Source: Lingula anatina (lineage: Eukaryota > Animalia > Brachiopoda). Taken from it: a DNA stretch of 64,000 bases. The position numbers and the translations under genes were made by a program. The notes below the pieces were generated by a model. That model was not told the origin of the DNA and did no database searches. It saw only the letters and a list, made by a program, of their open reading frames with translations. This document shows, piece after piece, positions 55,501-64,000 of the stretch. Position 1 is the first letter of the stretch. Every line of letters starts with the position of its first letter. The DNA lies in NCBI GenBank assembly GCA_051362555.1, contig CM120646.1, positions 22,258,001-22,322,000 of the forward strand. The letters run 5' to 3'.

Positions 55501-57150
55501 CACCTGATTATTACTATGAAATACGAGGCTCGGCTTCGCTGGAATCTTGCAGTCGCAGCTGAGTGAAGGGCAAGAAAGTAGTAGATTATTGGGAGTTTCC
55601 GATTCACGCTGCTACTTGGAGTGACTTATTGCCGATTGAAAGGTTAGTAAAGTTTATTGGATTTCTCTCTCTTTCTCCATCTCTCTCTCTCTCGCTCTTT
55701 CTCTCTTCTTATGCCTCTTCCTCTTCCTTTTTTTTCTTTTTTGCTCTGCCTCTCTTTAATTCCTTATCTTTCTTTCTTATCTGGGTGGAGTTAATGACAT
55801 AAAAAATGGAACCTTTGTCTACCATTGTATGCTCTTTGAAAGAATTCATATTTAATCAAATGGCTAAGAGCAGACTTTGTAATAACGTAAGGGGAGATAT
55901 TATTTTTGAACTGCACTTAAAGCACGGCCGAATATTAGAAATCTGCAAACGCGAACAGATGCTCCAAACTTGTTTTAATAACGAAAGAAATGCATATGAA
56001 CTCACAGCTGTTTTGCTGGTGCCCGAGTCCCGACCCAGCCAACGAAGCATATGTTGATTACCTAGATTTCCCCCTACTGCTCGGAAAAATTTGTTTTCTA
56101 GAAGTACAGGAATCTCACCTTGCACGAAACATCGGGCAATTACTAGGAATTATCGGGTTACTGCGGAAATTACAGTGTTAGCAGTCACAAGAAGTTAAAT
56201 GCATATGCAAGATGCGGTGCATTATTTCATTTTATGGCATTAATTCACACAAAAGTGATTTCCCTCCAGCGGGGGCTTTTATTTTGCGTTCATTTGCGGT
56301 CTACTGTACTTATTCGGCTCTTCTCACTTAACTCAAATATTCATGTTTCCCTTTTCTCCATGCCAGTCTGCGAATATATGTTGTACTTAATTTTCCTTAA
56401 CAAAAAAATGCAAAATGAAAACCCCACCTCATAACAAAAAGGGGGATTTATCATTCGAATGCCTGTTTTCAAAGACTAAAATAGTCATAAACGGTAATTT
56501 ACAGTACAATTTTTTTTTTTTTTGGAAAATTGTTAACTCCGTGCTATAGCGCGGTTTTCAGGAAATTAAAAAGTAGATGAAAAAATCCCGCAGGCAATTC
56601 GGCTGATAAATATCTGTTTTAAAGTGTTTCAAGGCTAATTTCGGTTTTTGTTCTTCCTCTTTCTATGGTTATTTTGTTTGAAACACATACGCAATTGCAA
56701 ATTAGACAATCCCTATCTCAAACTGTGGTTCAAATGTTTGAGGTCGGTTTTTAATGCATGGAAATTATTTGGTAAACGCATAATTTCATTCCAGTGAAGT
56801 AAACGTTTACTTTGCTGCAATACTTCTCTGTTTTGCTGCAAAAATATTATGAAGAATAGAATAAATGCGTGTATATTTTAAAATGTTTATGCATATTTTT
56901 TGAAGGACGGGTTTTATTTTAATCATTATTATGTATTATTATATATATATTCGTGTATTTTTGTTAACTTATTATCATCCTATTTTTGCATGAAATATGA
57001 AATCAAATTAACAATCACAGTGAATCGAAACTTAAAGCGGTTTGTGTATTTGGTTTTCAGTTGTTCCTGCTTACGGATTGATAGCTTAAGGATTCTTTCT
57101 CCATTCATCAGTTGTGTTGTTCGTATTCAGAGGCGGATATTGGGGTGCCA

Positions 57151-57660
57151 ATGGGTCGCAGAGATGACGACGGTGGCGGGAGGCGAAGGTCAAGGTCGTC
57201 AGGAAGTAGGTCAGGTCGCGCAGGCCGAGACCAAAAATGTGCCAAACAAAAAGAGAAGCGTCACGCCAAGAAAGGCGAATGGCGACACGTGAAAAGCCAA
57301 CACCTCAAACGACGCTTTGACATGCACGGTCACCACTCACACCATTCCCATAAATCCAGCAACACCGTCGGAGGACTTGTTAAATTGACTGCCCCCAATC
57401 CATCGATGTACACCCACCAAAACAGCACAATCTCCACGTCCAGCTCTGACATTGAGACTCAAGACACTCCCACGAGGCGAAAAACTCACCGTGGGATAAG
57501 TCACATTTCTGAGGTGTCCCTTATGTCGGACAGCTCTGAAAAACAAAACAAAAGTGGCCGTAAATGTTGCCGGATATCAGTGAATTGTATTTGTAAATTT
57601 CTGGGTGGTGTTGGCGCACTGGCCGTGGTTGGGGTACTTCTGCTGTTGTTTTTATTGTAG
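57151..57660 (+). CDS. Tail-anchored basic/Cys-rich membrane protein, paralog 3 (169 aa)
   Basis: ATG at 57151 (GCCAATG), preceded by a possible splice acceptor at 57130; MGRRDDD...KEKRHAKKGEWRHVKSQHLKRRFD...KCCRISVNCICKFLGGVGALAVVGVLLLLFLL*. Confidence 0.85.
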   Translation: MGRRDDDGGGRRRSRSSGSRSGRAGRDQKCAKQKEKRHAKKGEWRHVKSQHLKRRFDMHGHHSHHSHKSSNTVGGLVKLTAPNPSMYTHQNSTISTSSSDIETQDTPTRRKTHRGISHISEVSLMSDSSEKQNKSGRKCCRISVNCICKFLGGVGALAVVGVLLLLFLL

Positions 57661-58654
57661 CGGCGCAAATTGACGGTGATATTCAATTAATTGTATGGAT
57701 CTGATCTTAAAACTCGATTTTAAAAAATGAAAGGACAGAGAGGTTTACTCTACATTAACCACGCACACCGATACAAAATGCGACGGGATTATGCTGCATG
57801 TACGTGTACAGTAACGAAAATGTGAAAACAAAAAATGTAAACTTCATATTAGCGGATAGAGTGGATGGTGCTGTGTTCAATGAGGACCCTCTTGTGGAAA
57901 ACAGGCATATTTGATATAAGAATGCAATTTGAAACAAAACAATAAACAAGATGGAATAGAAAAACACGGTTATCCATACATGTACCACCAGCAACATATA
58001 CCTTTTTCATGGAGGTTTATATTAACTCCACATCTGCAAACATTTTTTCATTAACCCTTGGATTAGATTTGCGGTGAGGATATTGATGTCAACGTGAGTA
58101 ATTTCCCTTAAAATGAGAGGAAAATAGGAATATAATTTTTTAGATAATGTAACCCAAGCCTAAAAAACCCAAAAAGTAAAAACAAATAAATAAATAGCTT
58201 TATTTTTGAGTAATGAACATTGCGTTTCTTTCCTCACTTCAGCCGGAGAGCTATCTCAATGTTGGTCGAGTGACCTTTGGATTTCACCGTTTGTTTATCC
58301 ACGAGATCCCATTTGTTTTTCTATGTCATTGCCTTGATGGGCTTTGTCGGCACCAACGAGTGCACCATGTGGGGAAGGTATTTTGTGGCTGGAGGGGTTT
58401 ACTCAGTCGGACGCATACACGCAATAAAAAGAGGAGATATGGGAACGCACTGCGTTGAAGTAGTCGACGTGGAGCGCGGTGCAAAGATGCCGGGTATTTG
58501 CTGTCCATTGGTTTTTGCCATAATAGGATGGACTGTGAATGTTAATTATCATTCAGGGTCGTTGATATTTTAATGAATAATATATGTTTTAGACGAGAAT
58601 GTATTTGAATGGTTCAACTATCAATACCACTCTTTTGAAAACATCTCAGAATGT

Positions 58655-59605
58655 TTTTTTTATGCACAGACACAGATGTGTCTGTACATATAGCTGTCAC
58701 CTGCGTCTGTCATCTGCATCTGTCATCGACGTCGTTGTCCCCGTCGTCGCCGTGCACTATTTGACCGTTTGTCTTGAAACTTACAGCACTGTTGAATATT
58801 CATAAAATACAGGTCAAATTCGAAAATCAGCTTGATCGGACCATTTTTCCTAAAGTTATGCGATTTTCTCATCTTTTCAAGCATATTTTATCCACGGTTA
58901 TTATAAGAATAAATGAAAATTGTTTCATCTTTTGTCTTCAAATTTACAGAACTGATGAATATTCATAAAATGCAAGTTAAGTTCGAAAATCATCTTGACC
59001 ATTTTTTTCTTTTTTAGCATATTCTATCCTTCGTAATAGAAATAACATAAAAACCGGGTGGAAAAACCTCTTGCAGGACTGACTAATAGTACTAATGTGC
59101 AGATCAAATTCGAAAATTATCTTGATCGGTTTTGTTTTGATGAAGTTATGCTTTTTTTCTTAAATGTTGTATGCAGTTGGTTCCTCCTGAGATTCAGTGC
59201 TTAGACACGTTATCAGTCTCATTATTGAACTTATTACACACCCAAGTGTTCTTTTGAAATTTTCTGCATCTTAACAATTTTGTTAGTTGATTATATGAAA
59301 TTATGGTAAAACTATTATGGTGTATTGTGCAATAAAAAAGTCATAAATGGATATAAATTCATATCAGTGCATTTAGTCAGATTTAACCCTTCACTTTCTT
59401 CAGAATCTTAGAATGGAGCAAATTAGAAATTCAAAATCGTTCTATTGATATTTTTTGTTCTATTGATATTTTCATCTCAACATTTTTTTAGTTGATTAAA
59501 TAAAAAGGATTGTTATTTATTTATTATTTTTTGTATTATGTAAAAAAGTGGACCTTTCCTATTATATGTCTGTATATTTGACAGCTTTGCTGCCTTTTTT
59601 TTTAC
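58655..59605 (+). mobile_element. Helentron/DINE-1-like non-autonomous element
   Basis: Begins in a T-run with a short hairpin (CAGACAC...GTGTCTG), followed by a GTC/TCTG microsatellite-like tract, tandem core repeats (GAAACTTACAGCACTGTTGAATATTCATAAAAT...CAAATTCGAAAATCA), and ends with a short palindrome before a T-run. Shares sequence with 13925-15920. Confidence 0.6.
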
Positions 59606-61252
59606 TCTTTTAAAATACGTTAGGAGGTAGGGTGTACATTTCTAGAAAACAACTTTCTATTTATTTATTTATCATAAGCAACATAGTTTCAATACATGAT
59701 CTGCCAACAAAAACATTAATTAAACCAAAAATGATATTGACATAGGGAATGTTGAACACACAACTCCTTTTTACTGATTACGTAATTTTATTAAAAGTAT
59801 TTATGTTTTTAAGACGATTTTATTCTTTAATTTTGATCGCCTTTTTATTGCGTATATCAAGCAATTTTTTCCAAAGTAGCCTTTCCTTTCGTCAAGTTTT
59901 AGAGATACACTAAGAAACCACAGTCTTCAGGTGTTCATGACCACACTTTGAATGCTTTAATCATTAAAACATCTCATACGGACTGCTGATTTTTGTGAAA
60001 ACAAACATCCGCCAGTATAAACAATCGCCCCATTTTACTCACATTTTAGATACGATTTAAACAATGTAAGAAGTCCGTTAATGTCGCACATGTTGGTTGG
60101 CTGGCTAAATATGTACATACGCAGTTGGTAACAATCCCTTGAAAATGTCAACGGCATTAAAGATAATTTATCCTGTTGAAAACTTTGTTGTTGCATGTTT
60201 GGTTCCTAGAAACGCAATTATGAATGAAGTGGGGGTTGCTATAGACCTTGTGATATTTCCTGTGGTTATTTTGTTTTGCCAATTTGCCATGATCTGCATA
60301 GTTGGGTCCTGGGATTAGAAATCTATTTTACGGACAGACGCCTTCGCTCATAGGTAGACTTCACAGTTTTTGACATAAAGTTGTGGCATTGGCATTAGAA
60401 AAACGATACTTAAGTCCTGGAAAAATAAAACCAATAACAGTGACTGTAAAAATAATGCTACATGTACATTCTCAACTTTGAAAACAATGTTACCCGAGCT
60501 CAGTACCAAAGCGCTTATTTACTTTTGCATTTATCTTTCATTATTACTATTAGTTTACAGCTAATGTCGGGAGAAATTGAATAGAATCAGTTTTAGTGAA
60601 AAAGCGTAAATCAAACACCAGGATTTTTTTCACAAACCACAATATACTGTACTCGTAACTTCACACATTGGCGCGGAGTATGGACTTCTGTCTTGTTAGA
60701 AAGTAATATACAAGGTTTAGTTCATTACACGTATAGTTCAACACGTTATGTTGGTGGTAGTTCGACTATTACATTGATATACGGCAATAGTTGAGTGTCA
60801 GAATAAATCCAATTTACTGTGTTTTACGTCCCAAAAACGGGGGTTTAAAATGAGAAATGCACAAAGATTTTCTACTTTTTGGTTGGAAGAGACGTGGAAC
60901 AATGTTGTTTTATCTTTGACGTACAGCTAAATAATACCATAGACATTCAGCGGTAAAGTTGGAACGTTTGCATAAGGTAGGACTCTATTTTATAGTGTTT
61001 CCTTTTCTTCATTGTTGTGTTTTAGCATTAATGTTCAACGACTGCTCTCACGCCGGCGTTGCTTCTCTGCAAAACAGAATCCAGCTGAATAATGTACTCA
61101 GAACTTGGCTGTAGTAAATATATTTTGATTCTAGCCTTGTATATAAATTTTCTTGTCGGAATGCAAAATAATAAAACGCTGACATATACAAAAGTAAAAT
61201 ATTTGGTTGCACCCAAAGAAATAGCTTTTTATATTTCTATGGTTGCATCAGA

Positions 61253-61756
61253 ATGGGCAGGGACGACGACAGACGCCATCGGCGACGCGGCGGCCAATGC
61301 GCTAGAAAACAAAAAGATGACGAAAAAAGAGCCGCTAAAAAGGGCCAATGGGGACGCGTCTCTAATCCTCATCTTAAGCGCAGATACGGCGACAGTCCCC
61401 ACGATGGCTCAGCTGTGCTGATTGGTGGACTGCAAGGATCTCCATCGCGTGCCAAGACGAAAGCAACAGTGGCACCTGTGATTCCAAAGACTAAGTTTTC
61501 AAATGACGCAAATGTGTATGGTTCGTCTACAGTAAGAGTTGACAACGTACCGTCAACTGGGTCGTCAAGAAAATGTCAAAGAGGTGACACTCACGTCGAT
61601 GAATTGATGTCGGACCTGCCATTATGGTTGGACGATGATAACCCAAATGTTTTCCAAACGAAGTGTAAAGTCAGATGGAACACAGTGTGTAAATGTTTAG
61701 GTGGCTTTGGGTCGTTCGCAGTCGTGGTGACTCTTCTTCTTATATTTTTACTTTAA
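61253..61756 (+). CDS. Tail-anchored basic/Cys-rich membrane protein, paralog 4 (167 aa)
   Basis: MGRDDD...DEKRAAKKGQWGRVSNPHLKRRYG...KCKVRWNTVCKCLGGFGSFAVVVTLLLIFLL*; a possible splice acceptor (CATCAG|A) lies immediately before the ATG. Confidence 0.85.
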   Translation: MGRDDDRRHRRRGGQCARKQKDDEKRAAKKGQWGRVSNPHLKRRYGDSPHDGSAVLIGGLQGSPSRAKTKATVAPVIPKTKFSNDANVYGSSTVRVDNVPSTGSSRKCQRGDTHVDELMSDLPLWLDDDNPNVFQTKCKVRWNTVCKCLGGFGSFAVVVTLLLIFLL

Positions 61757-62132
61757 AGATGCATACAAAGTCAATTTGTTGTCACAAAAACCAACCAAAT
61801 GCCAGCATATAGTTTCAAGTAGTATAACTAAGAGAATTACCAAAAGGCATCGTTTAATTTTACCCGAAAATGATGTTTGAAGGGATTTTTCTGCTGGCAT
61901 TCTAAGCTGTATGTCAATGGGGCAGGAAAGTAGGTCACGAAAGTAGGTTAAATTTACAACCAAAAATTTAAAGAAAGGAGCAGTCTAAAGGTCTTTTATG
62001 GCTGATCGAGTGTTCTAATCAGTTTATACTTGGCTTGTCAAATTTATTTGAGTCATATAAGAATCTAGTAGAAGTGGTTTACATGTTTTACTGGGAATCC
62101 ACGCTCCACCGATGCTCGGTTCGTATGTACCT
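61757..62132 (-). mobile_element. Inverted, diverged copy of the Kolobok-like element at 3797-4182
   Basis: Reverse complement matches, e.g. CCACGCTCCACCGATGCTCGGTTCG versus GAACCGAGCGTCGGTGGAGCGTGG, and TCTTTTATGGCTGA versus TCAGCCATAAAAGA. Begins right after TTAA (61753-61756). Confidence 0.7.
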
Positions 62133-63630
62133 AAATATGCTGTGATTTTACTCGACATTTGATAATACGCCCAAATGCGTCCTCCTTAACCCGGTGAAAA
62201 GGGAGTATGACGGCGACTTTGATTAAGATTTAACCATTTGTGAAATGTTGCTACTTCTTCATTAGAACATTCTACAACATTGTTCGTCACAAGCTGAAAA
62301 GGCTTTTCTTCTTTTAACACATAACCCAAAAAATGGTATTACTAACACATGGTATTTTTCTTATAGTGAATAATGGTAAACATACATTATGAAAATACTC
62401 GACAATATTTTGTCAAAGAAACATAATGCGGTTGGTTTATATTGGAAAACTGTAGTGTACATTTCTGAGCGGGAAGTATACCTAACGATAAAGTTTATGT
62501 GAGGTGGCAGTGTTGCTGAAACATAATGAACACTATTTATACTTTTAATGGCAAGATTTATTTTTACCAGAACTTTCTCTATTTATCTGTTTATATTCTA
62601 TGTATTCCACTTCATTTCATTTTATTCTATTTTATTTCATTTCATAATATTTCATTTATCGTTGTTTGGAACGGTTTCCTGGGAGCTTATATAAATGTCA
62701 TCATTCTATACAGAACAAAAGACTCTGAAAGTACATGTATTTTTACTAAGTCATATTACTCCATAGTGCATGCGCGCGTGTGTGTTAGCATGTGCGCATT
62801 ACGTGTATTCCGCTAATTGCGTTTCATAATTCACGTAACACCTTGCCGTTCCCCTAGGCACGAACACCTCCGCGCATTTTTGTGCCCTGATCAGTTAAAT
62901 CAATGTGCAGCTATATCACAGGGAGAAAGTTAGGGGGAAATGAAAAACCATCCCTTATTGATCCTGCGTTCACACCGAGACGTCTGGCACTATCAACGGG
63001 ACGCCCTTATAATTCGGTCGATTGCCGTTTTATCTATGGGATGAAATCAAGCCAGCATCAACCCCGACTGTAACAGCGTAGTTAGAATGGTTTTATCTCT
63101 GCAAGAGGCTTAATATGATTACAGCATATTACTATGAAGGAGAATAAATACAGATCGGTCGTACGATAGTTTCGAAAACATAGTAATGGAGATGGAGTAC
63201 GCTCAGCTGTTACCAATATCAAGTGTCGACAAGGTGCCGAGCTCGATGCAACTCCCTATTCGTAATCTGCGTGTAGCAATACCCTGTTTCGATTTACCCT
63301 GTCAAATTGTGTAATGTACCGATCGTATTGAATTAGCGTGTTTAGTAGTACGTTGCTTTAACTTTGATTTCTTGCGATCGGTTCAGGCATTGCCCTTTTG
63401 AAATTGCCGTCGCCCCTATGTTTCAAGGCATTTCGAATTATCGCCGCATGTACATCCAAATTGCATTCCGTCTAATATGGTAAATGTTAAGGTTATGCCA
63501 TTCACGTCTTACCTGGAAGATTTAGCTCAGATGACCTGATCGGCTGATGGTTCTGCGAACTTGAATGGCTGATGATATTTTTTCTCTTTTGAGAAAAAAA
63601 TTCCAAATACTTTTCTTATATATTATGGGT

Positions 63631-63633
<3 letters not shown>

Positions 63634-63681
<48 letters not shown>
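63634..63681. repeat. (CT)n microsatellite
   Basis: Pure CT run. Confidence 0.95.
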
Positions 63682-63684
<3 letters not shown>

Positions 63685-64000
63685 AATATACAAAACAGCC
63701 AATATTCTTTTTCAGTTTAATTTACGGTTTGGAAAAAGGCAAGCACAAATGCATACCCAAAAATGCAAAAAAAATGTAAATCCCCACTTTAACGACATGG
63801 CTTTAGTCGGACACATACTCAAATCCCCGAAAATGGCTGCTAATTAATCGTTCGTAAAAGACACGGTTTTGTTAAGATACATTACCCAAACGTAAATAGT
63901 GCTCAGTATTCAAAAACGGCATCGGTTAGTTAATCATCTTGCTTTCAGCTGTCTGAAACCCTTCCCCACCCTGTGTATCAGAGGAAACAAGAAACTTCTC

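Noticed and set aside
54775-56181. Several 63-108-aa ORFs between paralogs 2 and 3, checked as possible extra family members
   Set aside because: None has the W/basic motif, Cys cluster or terminal hydrophobic helix, and no coherent splice structure was found.

Overview
AT-rich, intron- and microsatellite-rich eukaryotic DNA, most consistent with a marine invertebrate (lophotrochozoan-like; inferred from gene and repeat types, species not determinable). Genes reconstructed by hand from GT-AG splice sites and reading frames: (1) the 5' part of a minus-strand secreted protein with an ALK/LTK-type glycine-rich domain (4 exons, runs off the window start); (2) a 3-exon, 76-aa single-pass membrane microprotein absent from the ORF track (6785-8260); (3) an intronless-CDS rhodopsin-class peptide GPCR (FMRFamide/sex-peptide-receptor-like) with probable distant 5'-UTR exons; (4) a 6-exon, 230-aa three-lobed (six EF-hand) calmodulin-like protein; (5) a cluster of four divergent single-exon paralogs (44.5-61.8 kb; two minus, two plus, head-to-head) encoding 140-181-aa proteins with a conserved basic 'K-x-x-W-x(4-8)-K/R-R-R' motif, a Ser/Thr-rich linker, a Cys cluster and a C-terminal transmembrane anchor. 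I do not recognise this family; it is the best candidate for an undescribed system, possibly linked to the adjacent EF-hand gene (speculative). The remainder is non-autonomous DNA transposons (Harbinger-, Tc1/mariner-, Kolobok- and Helentron-like), a 772-bp tandem duplication and satellites.
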